Assembly: GCA_041287365.1 (NCBI GenBank)
Contig: JBEULL010000020.1
Span: 3,426 to 67,425, forward strand
Direction: 5' to 3'
Source: Dissulfuribacterales bacterium
Lineage (GTDB): Bacteria > Desulfobacterota > Dissulfuribacteria > Dissulfuribacterales > DYLC01
DNA length: 64,000 bases
The stretch's first letter is position 1; each line of letters starts with the position of its first letter. The position numbers were made by a program, and so were the translations under genes. The notes under the pieces were generated by a model that did no database searches, had not been told where the DNA came from, and worked only from the letters and a program-made list of their open reading frames with translations. Below are positions 41,622 through 51,816 of the stretch, one piece after another.

Positions 41622-42181
41622 ATTCTCTTCGAAAATCCATTCTATTCCAGCGTAACGCCATTCCTGATGACCTTCGCATGACATGGTCAGATGCGATCTG
41701 TCTTAAACTCCAAACCCTCTTGCAAGGTGAACATTTGCAATTTCCCATGTTTTACGTCTCTTTCAGAAGCGAGGTCAGTACCCATGAGCTCATTCGACAG
41801 CGATTGAACCGGGGTCAATGGGTTTCCGTACCAATTACTCATATATCTGAGCGAAGATTGGAGCCGCGGCGTCTGATGGATTGGAGTCAGTTGATTCAAG
41901 GGACCTATGGCATTCTTGAGCCAAATCCAGACACCACCACTTCCGTCTCAGCAAAGAAATTGGATACTGTCATTGTTCCGGGTTCGGTTTTTGACCTGTC
42001 CGGCGGCAGATATGGCTATGGTGGAGGTTATTACGACCGTTTCTTGAAGCAGGGTGCCCCTCAGGCCGTAAGGATCGCCCTCGCCTTTGATCTACAGGTG
42101 CTAAATGTCATCCCTTTAGCCGAGCATGATCAGCGCATGGACTGGATCATCACCGAGACCAGAGTCATCCGCACAGCTTGA
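41618..42181 (+). CDS. 5-formyltetrahydrofolate cyclo-ligase
   Basis: YVSFRSEV.T, YGILEP, IVPG..FD..G.RYGYGGGYYDR, HD..MD.IITE. Confidence 0.94.
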   Translation: MNSLRKSILFQRNAIPDDLRMTWSDAICLKLQTLLQGEHLQFPMFYVSFRSEVSTHELIRQRLNRGQWVSVPITHISERRLEPRRLMDWSQLIQGTYGILEPNPDTTTSVSAKKLDTVIVPGSVFDLSGGRYGYGGGYYDRFLKQGAPQAVRIALAFDLQVLNVIPLAEHDQRMDWIITETRVIRTA

Positions 42182-42863
42182 TCTCCTGTTGTATGGCTTC
42201 CACTGCCTTCAGTGGGTCCGGTGCCGTGCTGATGGGTCTTCCAATGACCAGATAGTCTGCACCATTTGAAATGGCATAGGAAGGCGTGGCAATGCGATGT
42301 TGGTCATCCTTTCCTTGCTCTCCGGCAAGCCGTATTCCTGGAGTCACAAGCAGGAAGTCATTCCCTAACCTTGCCCGAAGCATCCCTGCCTCATGGGCGG
42401 ATGCAACCACTCCGCTACAGCCTGCTTCAATGGCCTTTCGGGTACGCCTTAAGACCAGCTCTTCCACAGGTATGGTTGCGCCCATCTCTTGTAAATCACC
42501 TTCTCCAATGGATGTAAGTACTGTGACCGCCAGTAGTTTCACATCCCCCTTAGCAGCCACTGCCGCCTTCAGAATGCTTTGATTGCCGTGAATGGTGGCA
42601 AATGTTATGCCTCTGTCGTTTAATTGCCGGACGGCCAAATGGACCGTCTGGGGAATGTCGAAAAATTTGAGGTCCAGCATGAGCTTGTTGCCCCTGCTCA
42701 GGATATAATCCACTATGGGCCAGCCCCCTACAAGAAAGAGTTGAAGTCCCACCTTGAAAAAGCGGATGGGACCACTTAAGAGATCCACCCATTTCTGTGC
42801 CTCTTTTGCCGTGGCAAAGTCCAATGCAAAGATGATGCGTTCCGTAATGGGAATATGTCTCAT
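42165..42863 (-). CDS. pyrF: orotidine-5'-phosphate decarboxylase
   Basis: IFALD, FKVG, LDLKFFDIP.TV, AVTVLTS, VTPGIR, DDQ.R, VIGRPI. Confidence 0.97.
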   Translation of the reverse strand: MRHIPITERIIFALDFATAKEAQKWVDLLSGPIRFFKVGLQLFLVGGWPIVDYILSRGNKLMLDLKFFDIPQTVHLAVRQLNDRGITFATIHGNQSILKAAVAAKGDVKLLAVTVLTSIGEGDLQEMGATIPVEELVLRRTRKAIEAGCSGVVASAHEAGMLRARLGNDFLLVTPGIRLAGEQGKDDQHRIATPSYAISNGADYLVIGRPISTAPDPLKAVEAIQQEIKLCG

Positions 42864-45016
42864 CGGCTGGTCTCAATCCTCCTCTTCAGGTCATGAATGG
42901 CTTTTTGTAGATTTTTTGAGCCCGTCAGGAGTACCGCCTGATTCAGGAGTCTTCGGGCAGTTTTGGGGTCGTTTTCAATGGTTAGGTAACCTTTGGCCAG
43001 GAAAAATAATATTTCCGCATCATAAGTGGTTCGCACCAGCGCCTTGTTCAGGTTTTCCTTGGCATAACCCCAGTTTCCGTTTTCAAGCCCCAATCTTCCC
43101 TGCAGCTTAAAAAATGCGGCCGGTAATTCGGCCTCGTTTCGAGTCATAAATGGGGCAAGCAGTCCTAAGGCGCCATTGGTTTCTCCCTTTTCAAACAGAC
43201 AATTGGCCAATCGGATGGTGATGTGGATGTCCTCTGGAGCTAATTGAGCGGCCTGTCTGAGCAGGTTTTCCGTATTGTCAAGCTGTTTCATCTCCAGAAG
43301 TATACCGCTTAGATTGTAGTATGCCATGATATCTTTCGGGAATTGCCTCAATGCCTGTTCAAAACAGCGCACAGCGGCTGCCTTCCTGCCAGTTTGAAGC
43401 ATGGCGATGCCAAGGCTATTAAGTAAGGCCGGAGTGACCACCGATGAATCGCTCTCCCCCCCGTGTTCTTGTTTTCTTTCCTCCTTTAATGCCATCTTCA
43501 GGGCATTCTTGAACATTCTGTAGGCCCCTTCCATGTCGCCCATGGCAAAGAGTTCGTCTCCTGCCACATGGAGTGTCAGGGCATCAAAAATGGCCGTTTT
43601 TAAGCGCAAACTTCCTTGATTTTTCGAGGAAGTCTCCTCTGATTCTGAAAGCAAAGAGGCGTGGATATGGGCATAGAGCGCCGCTGTCGCCGGATTAAGT
43701 AGTGAAACCTTTAATGCCTTGCCTTCACAGGCGATTCCCATAACAAAGGATGCGGAGACAGCACGGGATTTATTCAGAGATTTGAGGGTATCTTCAATGG
43801 ATTTTCTTAGGGACTCACACGATTTGTTTTGACTGACGATGAACATACTGGATTCACCGGCAGGGATGGCTTGAATATGGACGGGGAGGCGGCTTGTCAA
43901 TTGATTGTGGAGATCGATGTTCTGGTCGGTTTCACAGGATAAAAACGCAACGGCCTTTGGTGAACTGTTGAGTGCGGTTATGGTCTGCAATGCCTCAATT
44001 AGATGAAATGCCCTGGTTTTCTGTTGCAGAAGGGCCACATCCCTTGAGGAAAATATCCTGGTTCCCAATTGGGTTGCTAAAAATTCTGTTTGCAGGATGT
44101 AGGGAAGGGAAGGGGGGCTGTTTTTTCCAAAATGTAGATAGATCGAAAATCTCCTGGCCAGACCAGGCGGGAATATAGTCCAAAAGCGTTTCAAATTGGA
44201 TGTAAGCACCTCATATTTTAATTGACTTTCCTGGTTAGGATTTTTGTTGAAGATGCTAAACCATGCCTCATTGTTACCTCCACCCAGGTATTTTAGCCTT
44301 ATAGACGGCCAGATACGCATACAAATGGCCTTTGTCTTGGCACAGAAGGTGTGGGCATCATCCATTTGTGACACAGCTTCTTCAGAAAAGCGTCTGAATT
44401 GGCTGATATGCACAATGGCAAAACCATTGGAGCGTCCCTGCATTTTCTGTAAGTAATAGCTCAAAAACGGAGTGTAGCCGATTGCATTCACATCACCGAA
44501 GTGCGATAGGATGGGAGACCCACTACCCTCATGGAGCGCAGGCCTTGAAATCAGGCTTTGCTCAAAGATATTTCGAATGAGGATGTGCAAATACTGGCTT
44601 AAAACCCCAAGCCATCGGCCTGCCTCTTCGATGTGTATCAGCCGATTTACGCCCGTTATGACCACAATGGCATGCGATTCCCCTGTGAAGACCCCTTGGC
44701 TATCAAGGCAATCAGACCGAGCAGTTAGATTTAGCGGCAAGAAAACATGATATCCCACCGCATCCCAGAAGGGTTGGCCCGAACGGAAGGCCTCTTTCAC
44801 CCGCCGTTTCTGTCGGTCTGAAAGGTTGAATTGTTCCAGATCGATGATGGGTTCAGAGGAGCCTTCCCCCTTGTTTACGTTTTGTTGGGCATTGTTTGCC
44901 CTGGGAATTAGACAATGCAGCCCCTCGAAGGACAAGACCTTTTTTAGCTTCGCCTCCACAATCGGCAGGACACAGAGCAGGTCGGTGGGCTCCATGGCTA
45001 ACATGGGCTCATTCAT
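42860..45016 (-). CDS. tetratricopeptide-repeat protein
   Basis: C-terminal TPRs (LLNSLGIAM...A..CFEQAL...P, AYYNL); N-terminal region unassigned. Confidence 0.75.
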   Translation of the reverse strand: MNEPMLAMEPTDLLCVLPIVEAKLKKVLSFEGLHCLIPRANNAQQNVNKGEGSSEPIIDLEQFNLSDRQKRRVKEAFRSGQPFWDAVGYHVFLPLNLTARSDCLDSQGVFTGESHAIVVITGVNRLIHIEEAGRWLGVLSQYLHILIRNIFEQSLISRPALHEGSGSPILSHFGDVNAIGYTPFLSYYLQKMQGRSNGFAIVHISQFRRFSEEAVSQMDDAHTFCAKTKAICMRIWPSIRLKYLGGGNNEAWFSIFNKNPNQESQLKYEVLTSNLKRFWTIFPPGLARRFSIYLHFGKNSPPSLPYILQTEFLATQLGTRIFSSRDVALLQQKTRAFHLIEALQTITALNSSPKAVAFLSCETDQNIDLHNQLTSRLPVHIQAIPAGESSMFIVSQNKSCESLRKSIEDTLKSLNKSRAVSASFVMGIACEGKALKVSLLNPATAALYAHIHASLLSESEETSSKNQGSLRLKTAIFDALTLHVAGDELFAMGDMEGAYRMFKNALKMALKEERKQEHGGESDSSVVTPALLNSLGIAMLQTGRKAAAVRCFEQALRQFPKDIMAYYNLSGILLEMKQLDNTENLLRQAAQLAPEDIHITIRLANCLFEKGETNGALGLLAPFMTRNEAELPAAFFKLQGRLGLENGNWGYAKENLNKALVRTTYDAEILFFLAKGYLTIENDPKTARRLLNQAVLLTGSKNLQKAIHDLKRRIETSR

Positions 45017-46433
45017 GAGCTGACTCCATAATCCTCTGCAATGCCTTGGCTATGATGTCAAAATCTTTGGGCTGCATGGTCCTTACATCCATGAGGATCA
45101 GGTTATTTTCTACTCGAACGATGATAGGATGTTCGTTCAGCCGCAGCATCTCCTCCAAACGGGCGGCAGATAGCCCCATGGGAGCCGGATCCAGTGCCAC
45201 AGCATAGGATTTCAGGCGTTCGGCCGGTATGGCGCCGCCTCCTACCCTGGCCTCGGTTGTGATGATTCGAGGACTTATCTGCGAAAGATTCAGGCGTTTC
45301 AGGCGATTGAGCAGGGCATTCGCCTTCTTTTTGAGAATTTCTGGCGATGCCGTGAGCATGGACAGAGTCGGAAGCATCTCCACTGCCCTATCCAAGTCAC
45401 GATAGCACATGAGTACTGCCTCCAGACCCGCAAGAGTGAGCTTGTCTATGCGCAACGCCCGATTCAGTGGATTCTTCTTGATGCGATTCACTAAGTCCTT
45501 TTTCCCCACTATGATTCCAGCCTGCGGCCCTGCAAGGAGCTTATCCCCACTGAAGCTCACTATATCAGTCCCTGCCTGAATGGAGTCCTGCACAGTGGGT
45601 TCGTAGTGCATTCCAAAACGAGAGAAGTCCACGAATGTCCCGCTTCCCAAGTCCTCATAAAGGAATATCCCATGCTGCCTTGCCAGTGTGGCTAACTCCT
45701 GCAGGGATACGGCCATAGTAAAGCCTCCTATGTAGAAATTGCTCTGATGCACCTTCATCAGAAGGGCAGTCTCCGAAGTGATGGCGTTCTGGTAATCCAC
45801 AAGATGAGTGCGATTGGTAGTGCCTACTTCTTTCAGAATAGCGCCGCTTCTGGCCATGACATCCGGAATGCGAAAGGAGCCTCCGATCTCCACCAGTTCT
45901 CCGCGAGATACGATGACATCCTTGCCCTTGGCAAGGGTATTCAGGATGATGAGTACAGCGGCTGCATTGTTGTTTACCACTAACGCAGCCTCCACCCCCA
46001 AAAGTTCACACAGAATCGCCTCCACATGGCTGTAACGGCTTCCCCGTTTGCCTGCCGATAGATCATATTCCAGGTTTGAATAGCCTTCTGCCACTCGGCA
46101 TATGGCATTCAGCACCGAGCGGGGAAGTGGAGAACGGCCCAAGTTGGTATGAATCACCACACCGGTAGCATTCACTACTGGCATCAGAGATGGTCTGCTT
46201 GCATCCTTTATGATACTGCCGATGCGTTCCAGAAGGTTTTTGGGGTCGATTAGCCTGTCGGCTGTCTGTGCCCTGTTTGCGGGTTCATCGTTCAGAATGG
46301 CATCCCTAACCTCGGCTATGGCCTGCCGTGTGGCCTTGAGTCGTATGGAATACGGGACATTTTGAGGCAGGTGCGGCAATACTTCATCGATTTTGGGGAG
46401 TTTTCGCAAAAAATCCTGTATATTCTCCGTCAT
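45009..46433 (-). CDS. selA: L-seryl-tRNA(Sec) selenium transferase
   Basis: NATGVVIHTNLGR, SNLEYDL..G.RG.R, VNNNAAA, SRGELVEIGGSFRIP, FSGDKLL.GPQAG. Confidence 0.97.
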   Translation of the reverse strand: MTENIQDFLRKLPKIDEVLPHLPQNVPYSIRLKATRQAIAEVRDAILNDEPANRAQTADRLIDPKNLLERIGSIIKDASRPSLMPVVNATGVVIHTNLGRSPLPRSVLNAICRVAEGYSNLEYDLSAGKRGSRYSHVEAILCELLGVEAALVVNNNAAAVLIILNTLAKGKDVIVSRGELVEIGGSFRIPDVMARSGAILKEVGTTNRTHLVDYQNAITSETALLMKVHQSNFYIGGFTMAVSLQELATLARQHGIFLYEDLGSGTFVDFSRFGMHYEPTVQDSIQAGTDIVSFSGDKLLAGPQAGIIVGKKDLVNRIKKNPLNRALRIDKLTLAGLEAVLMCYRDLDRAVEMLPTLSMLTASPEILKKKANALLNRLKRLNLSQISPRIITTEARVGGGAIPAERLKSYAVALDPAPMGLSAARLEEMLRLNEHPIIVRVENNLILMDVRTMQPKDFDIIAKALQRIMESAHE

Positions 46434-46878
46434 GACACACATTACCTTTTTATGGGTTGACAAGACCAAATTCGCCTGGCTTCGAGAAGGAATAGAGTTT
46501 TATCGAAAGAGACTTACCCATTATGTGAGAGTGGAGGTGCGAGAGGCGCCTGCCGGGCCTACCCCAAAGATCGAAGGCGATAACCTACTGAAATTGATTC
46601 CAAAAGGCAGCCTGATATTTGCACTGGATATCAAGGGTGACACCGTAAATTCTTCAGACCTGGCTCGATTGCTTGCAGGGCTGGAGACAGCAGGTCATTC
46701 CCATTTTTGCTTCATAATAGGCGGGGCCTATGGTCTCTCTCAGGAGGTGCTGCAAAGCGCACATCGCAGGCTCTCACTCTCTTCTCTTACATTCACTCAT
46801 GACATGAGCCGTCTGATTCTGATGGAGCAACTCTATCGGGCATATTCCATCATAGCAGGGGCTCCATATCATCATTGA
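46432..46878 (+). CDS. rlmH: 23S rRNA pseudouridine1915 N3-methyltransferase
   Basis: FIIGGAYGL, LSLSSLTFTH...RLIL.EQLYRA..I..G.PYHH. Confidence 0.95.
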   Translation: MTHITFLWVDKTKFAWLREGIEFYRKRLTHYVRVEVREAPAGPTPKIEGDNLLKLIPKGSLIFALDIKGDTVNSSDLARLLAGLETAGHSHFCFIIGGAYGLSQEVLQSAHRRLSLSSLTFTHDMSRLILMEQLYRAYSIIAGAPYHH

Positions 46879-46884
46879 GGCAGA

Positions 46885-47109
46885 TTAAACGGACTCCACA
46901 GATGTCACGCCAGGGACCTCTGCCTTGATGTAGCGCTCTATACCGGCCTTCAGAGTCATCTGACTCATGGGGCAGCCATGACATGCACCCTTCAGCCTCA
47001 CACTCACCACACCGGTTTTCTCATCCAGACTCACAAATTCTACATCACCACCATCCCGCTGAAGCATGGGGCGAATGTTGTTTAATGCGGTTTTGACCTT
47101 TTCTTCCAT
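46885..47109 (-). CDS. NifU/NfuA C-terminal domain protein
   Basis: IRPMLQRDGGDVE, GACHGCPMS..TLK.GIE. Confidence 0.95.
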   Translation of the reverse strand: MEEKVKTALNNIRPMLQRDGGDVEFVSLDEKTGVVSVRLKGACHGCPMSQMTLKAGIERYIKAEVPGVTSVESV

Positions 47110-47143
47110 GGTATTAGTCCTTTCTTTAGAAGTTTTGATTTAA

Positions 47144-48439
47144 TCAGTCGTGAAAGACTCGTTTAAATATGGTGTCCACGTGTTTCAGGTGATGCCGAAT
47201 GTCGAAGATGGAAGCAAGCTCATTTACTGAAATATATTTCAGCAGGTCCTCATCCTTTTCTAACAGTTCCTTAAATGTCCCCTTCCCTTCCCAGACCTCC
47301 ATGGCCCTGCGCTGCACCATGCGATAGGCCTCTTCTCTGCTGACTCCTCGTTGAGTGAGCAACAACAGTATCTGCTGAGAAAAGATCAATCCCTTGAGTT
47401 TATTTAGATTTTTTTGCATGTTTTCAGGATAGACGAGAAGTTTGTCCAGAAGTCCTGTGAGCCTTGCCAGCATGAAGTCCGTGAGTATGAAGGCATCAGG
47501 CGAGATGATGCGCTCTACGGAGGAGTGGCTGATATCCCTTTCGTGCCAGAGACAGATATTTTCCAAGCTGGGCATGGCATATGAACGAATCATGCGCGCC
47601 AGTCCACAGATATTTTCTGACAGGATGGGATTTCTCTTGTGAGGCATGGCCGATGAGCCCTTCTGGCCGGGTCTGAAGTATTCCTCTGCCTCCAGGACCT
47701 CTGTGCGCTGCAGGTGCCTAATCTCTGTGGCGATCTTTTCTGCGGTGCCGGCCAAAATGGCCAGGGCACAGAAGACCTCTGCATATCTATCGCGTTGAAT
47801 GATCTGATTGGAGGCTGGCGCGGGTTTCAAACCAAGTTTGGCGCATACAAAGGCCTCAACTCGTGGATCGATCTGGGCAAACGTACCCACAGCGCCCGAT
47901 ATCTTGCCGTAGGAGATGGTCTCCTTTGCTGCCTCGAGCCGCTTGCGGTTGCGCCGCATTTCATCATACCAGATAGCCAGTTTCAGGCCGAATGTGATGG
48001 GTTCTGCATGAATACCGTGAGAGCGGCCGATCATGACCGTGTCCTTGTGTTCAAGGGCGCGGCGCTTGATCACCTCCATCAGGGCATCCACATCCTTTAA
48101 GATCAGCTCCATGGCCTGCTTGAAGAGCACGGCCATGGCCGTATCCAGCATGTCTGAGGAGGTCATGCCCCAGTGCAGGAATCGGGCGGCAGGGCCCACA
48201 TACTCCGCCACATTGGTGAGAAAGGCGATGACATCGTGCCGGGTCTCCTTTTCTATCTCTTCCACCCGTTTTATATCGAAGTTTGCCCTGGCCTGAATCT
48301 CTTTCACGGCCTCACGGGGCACCACACCCAGCTCTGCCCAGCCCTCTGCTGCGGCTATCTCCACGTTCAACCATGTGCGAAACTTGTTCTCCTGGCTCCA
48401 GATATCGGCCATCTGTTTTCTGCTGTATCTTTCGATCAT
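47144..48439 (-). CDS. purB: adenylosuccinate lyase
   Basis: MIERYS, HDVIAF, H.G.TSSD, GRSHGIHAEP, GSSAMPHKRNP. Confidence 0.97.
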   Translation of the reverse strand: MIERYSRKQMADIWSQENKFRTWLNVEIAAAEGWAELGVVPREAVKEIQARANFDIKRVEEIEKETRHDVIAFLTNVAEYVGPAARFLHWGMTSSDMLDTAMAVLFKQAMELILKDVDALMEVIKRRALEHKDTVMIGRSHGIHAEPITFGLKLAIWYDEMRRNRKRLEAAKETISYGKISGAVGTFAQIDPRVEAFVCAKLGLKPAPASNQIIQRDRYAEVFCALAILAGTAEKIATEIRHLQRTEVLEAEEYFRPGQKGSSAMPHKRNPILSENICGLARMIRSYAMPSLENICLWHERDISHSSVERIISPDAFILTDFMLARLTGLLDKLLVYPENMQKNLNKLKGLIFSQQILLLLTQRGVSREEAYRMVQRRAMEVWEGKGTFKELLEKDEDLLKYISVNELASIFDIRHHLKHVDTIFKRVFHD

Positions 48440-48561
48440 GAAAACCCCTTTTAACGGATAATGTTAACTGATTAATTTTGAAGTTTAATTGAGGAATTCA
48501 ACAATTATATGTTATCGTGCTTTTATACACTGATTTTTTACAAAATCAAACACTCACTCTT

Positions 48562-49713
48562 ATGAAAGACATCAACTTAGTTACCATTACCCTGCTTCTA
48601 TTCCTCTGGTTGGGCACGGTATTGTGGTTCTTCCTCTACTGGAGGAGGCATCGCACCAGGCCGCAAAATACGGCTGCCACGGACTTTCTTCTGTCCTTAG
48701 CATCGGAAAAGGCCAGGGAGGCTAAGGCTGCCCAGGCACAGCTATACAAAACCGCCGATATGCTCGAGGTTGGGCTCATAATTCTCACAGATTTGGGCTT
48801 AACAGGCCTGAATGCCTTTGGGGAGCGCACCTCTGCCCTGCTGATGCAGAATAACGATGCCATGCTGCGGCTTAAAGAACTGAGGGAAAAAGGGGGCCCC
48901 CTGACCATTGAGCTACCCATGTCAGTATTGCAATGCGATATACTTAAACACGACGACGCCCTTTCCCACATGCCCGAAACCATCATAGTAGCCCAGGATG
49001 TGACTCGGTCCTTTGAGCTGGCTAAGGAGCTTCAATACCGAGAACGCTTGGCAATTTTGGGTAAGATGACCGCGCAGATCGCCCATCAGCTCAAGACGCC
49101 TTTAGCCGTTCTGGCCGGCAGGGCACAGCTTCTGGCAAGCGGCCCAAAAGGGATGTCTCTTTCCGATGAGACGCGAAGGGAGCTTTTGCTGATTTATGAG
49201 GAGGCGAGAGCCCTGGCGGAACGTATAAACGACATTCTGTCTCTGTATAGAAGCCGGGAGATGGTGTTGAAGCCTGTTTTCTTGTCACACATAATGGAAG
49301 TGGTCCGTGAGCGCCTTCTGGAATTAGAGCATGAGTGCGAGATAGAGGTGGAATGTTCGAAGGGCTTGGTAGTCCGGGCCGATATGGCGGCCATTGAGAT
49401 GGCACTGTTTCTTTTAGGGCAGAATGCGGTTTCACCTGCAGCGGGTGCTGGACACCTCACTTTCAGGGCAAAACATATGGAAGATGGTGTGGTGGTGGAC
49501 ATAGAGGACGATGGCAAGGGTATTCCTGATGATCTGCGTTTCAGGCTTTTTGAGCCCTTTGTGAGCGGCAGGACCGATGGCTTGGGCCTTGGGCTCTTTC
49601 TGGCAAAAGACTTGGTGAAACGCATGGGCGGTGAGCTGGAGCTGGTCTTCACAGGGCCAAATGGCACCTGTTTCAGAGTGGTTTTGAGAAAAATGAATGA
49701 ATCTGTGAATTAG
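48562..49713 (+). CDS. sensor histidine kinase (no adjacent response regulator)
   Basis: N-terminal TM; H-box IAHQLKTPL; N-box; DDGKGI, FEPF, GLGLGL. Confidence 0.9.
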   Translation: MKDINLVTITLLLFLWLGTVLWFFLYWRRHRTRPQNTAATDFLLSLASEKAREAKAAQAQLYKTADMLEVGLIILTDLGLTGLNAFGERTSALLMQNNDAMLRLKELREKGGPLTIELPMSVLQCDILKHDDALSHMPETIIVAQDVTRSFELAKELQYRERLAILGKMTAQIAHQLKTPLAVLAGRAQLLASGPKGMSLSDETRRELLLIYEEARALAERINDILSLYRSREMVLKPVFLSHIMEVVRERLLELEHECEIEVECSKGLVVRADMAAIEMALFLLGQNAVSPAAGAGHLTFRAKHMEDGVVVDIEDDGKGIPDDLRFRLFEPFVSGRTDGLGLGLFLAKDLVKRMGGELELVFTGPNGTCFRVVLRKMNESVN

Positions 49714-49757
49714 TTTGTGTGACCTTTTACATTAATAAGGCGTGGCAATTCCCTATA

Positions 49758-50495
49758 TTACATGAACTCCGTCATCACATCCCGATAAAATAGCGGCACC
49801 TTCTGGCGCTGAAGCCTGGGATTTTCCCGTTCTTTTATGGCCACCTTCTCAAAAAAGGTCCGCCAGAGCCCTGCATAAAATGCCTCATTCCTGTCAAAAA
49901 ACAAGTCATTGCTCACGGCCATCTGGCACAACACCGCCTTACCAGCCGTGCAAAACAGGCCCAGCCCCCGCCCTTTATCGTATATCACCCAGTCAGTCTC
50001 ACCGAACCTGGCCACAAAGTGGTTTTTGATGAGGGGAAGCACATTGTGCACCGGTTTTATGGCGGCATAAAATCGGTTGTCCGCAAGCCTTGCAAAACGT
50101 ACAAACCCCTTCATGCGATGTACCTCTCCATAGACCCTATCCGCTGATTCCCTCACAATCCTCACACAGTCGATGGTCAGATTCTGCAGGGCCTGAGGGT
50201 TCTTCAGGCCAAGCGCTACAAACTGCATGATCTCAGCAAACACCTGGCGATCACCCCGCAAAAAAGCACCCTGAATGCGGCTGATCTGGCGGGGGCTGAA
50301 GGTCTTTTGTATGATCTTCAGCACGTTATAGACATTCACGGATATTTGCCTGAGATCCACAATGTTTTCAAATAAACCCTGTTGAGGGTCCTTTTGGGCG
50401 ATCCTGACGGCATCAGGGGCAACCCCTGTCTCATGAATATAAAAAGCACCCTTCAACACGGAGATGAGGTCGTCTTCACAAACAAAAATGGTCAT
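49758..50495 (-). CDS. TIGR03915/DUF4130-family putative DNA repair protein
   Basis: V..EVHRMKGFVRF, P.HNVLP....HF..RF, W.IYD..R, LW..FF..V.I.ER.N..LQ...P..Y. Confidence 0.9.
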   Translation of the reverse strand: MTIFVCEDDLISVLKGAFYIHETGVAPDAVRIAQKDPQQGLFENIVDLRQISVNVYNVLKIIQKTFSPRQISRIQGAFLRGDRQVFAEIMQFVALGLKNPQALQNLTIDCVRIVRESADRVYGEVHRMKGFVRFARLADNRFYAAIKPVHNVLPLIKNHFVARFGETDWVIYDKGRGLGLFCTAGKAVLCQMAVSNDLFFDRNEAFYAGLWRTFFEKVAIKERENPRLQRQKVPLFYRDVMTEFM

Positions 50496-50504
50496 GAGCT
50501 GGCA

Positions 50505-51749
50505 TTAAAATTCGTTGAACGGTAATGACTGTTGAATTATCTCTCTTGGCGCACTTAAATAGTGTGAGAGGATGTCCTCTCGCATGGGGCATTCACCGGC
50601 ATATCTACCTTTCAACAGAATGAAATACTTCGTCCGTTTCAGAGATATCCTCATTTTAAGTAGGTCATTCATGTCCAATTTGGTAAATCTGCGGGCGGTT
50701 ATAATCTTCTGAGCAGATCGAATTCCGATTCCAGGCACTCTAATCAGCATCTCATAATCTGCCACATTGACATCTATGGGGAACAGATGCAGATTTCGCA
50801 ACGCCCAGGCGGTCTTTGGGTCGAATTCTATGGACAGGTTTGAGGCATTATCTCCAATGATTTCATCAAGTTTGAAATTATAAAATCGCAGCAGCCAGTC
50901 AGCCTGATAGAGCCGATGTTCCCGCAAAAGGGGTGGTGCCTGTATGGCAGGGAGATTGGAGGTGTGATTAACGGGCACATAGGCGGAATAATATACCCTT
51001 TTGAGCAGAGATTTATTGTAAAAATAGGCAGACAGGCGCAGGATATCCCGGTCGGATTCAGGGCTTGCGCCCACAATTAGCTGAGTACTCATGGAGATGC
51101 CCCTTCGTCTGATATTGGGCATGCTATTAGGTTTAAGGCACTTTACCGGCAGTTTTTCGCTCAGTTTTTGCACATATTTTATGGGATACAGCACATCCGA
51201 GCGGGATTTGTCAGGCGCAAGTCTTAGCAGGCTTTCACTGCTGGGAAGCTCGATGTTGGAGCTCACTCTGTCTGCCAGTGCCGTCACCTTTTCGATGAGG
51301 ATGTCAGAGGCGCCCGGAATCAGTTTGGCATGGATATACCCAGAAAACATATGCTCTTTTCTTAACAGCCATAATGTCCTGTAGATGAGCTCCATGGTGT
51401 AGTCAGGGCTTCGAACCACAGCAGAACTCAAAAATAGCCCTTCGATGTAGTTTCGTCTGTAGAAGTTGATGGTGAGGTCAGCTATCTCTTCGGGTGTCAT
51501 GGTGGCTCGCTCTATGTTGTTTGAGCTTCTGTTCAGGCAGTATTCGCAGTTATAAATGCACTTGTTGCTCAGAAGTATCTTGAGGAGCGAGACGCACCTT
51601 CCATCGCTGGACCACGAGTGGCAGATGCCGCTGGGCGCAGCATTGCCTATGCCACCTTTTGTGCGGGTGCGATGGCTTCCGCTTGAGGCGCAGGAGACAT
51701 CATATTTAGCGGATTCTGTGAGGATTTTGAGTTTCTGTTCCAGTTTCAA
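50505..51749 (-). CDS. TIGR03916-type putative DNA modification/repair radical SAM protein with HhH
   Basis: AKYDVSC.SSG, GICHS...DGRC.SLLK, CIYNCEYC, FYRRNYIEGLFLSS, REHRLYQADWLLRFY, RVPGIG. Confidence 0.93.
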   Translation of the reverse strand: MKLEQKLKILTESAKYDVSCASSGSHRTRTKGGIGNAAPSGICHSWSSDGRCVSLLKILLSNKCIYNCEYCLNRSSNNIERATMTPEEIADLTINFYRRNYIEGLFLSSAVVRSPDYTMELIYRTLWLLRKEHMFSGYIHAKLIPGASDILIEKVTALADRVSSNIELPSSESLLRLAPDKSRSDVLYPIKYVQKLSEKLPVKCLKPNSMPNIRRRGISMSTQLIVGASPESDRDILRLSAYFYNKSLLKRVYYSAYVPVNHTSNLPAIQAPPLLREHRLYQADWLLRFYNFKLDEIIGDNASNLSIEFDPKTAWALRNLHLFPIDVNVADYEMLIRVPGIGIRSAQKIITARRFTKLDMNDLLKMRISLKRTKYFILLKGRYAGECPMREDILSHYLSAPREIIQQSLPFNEF

Positions 51750-51816
51750 GGGCAGATCATTGATAACTAGAGCCTATGTTTCGAGTTAAAGCCCGCATCT
51801 CTCCTTGAATGCGAGG

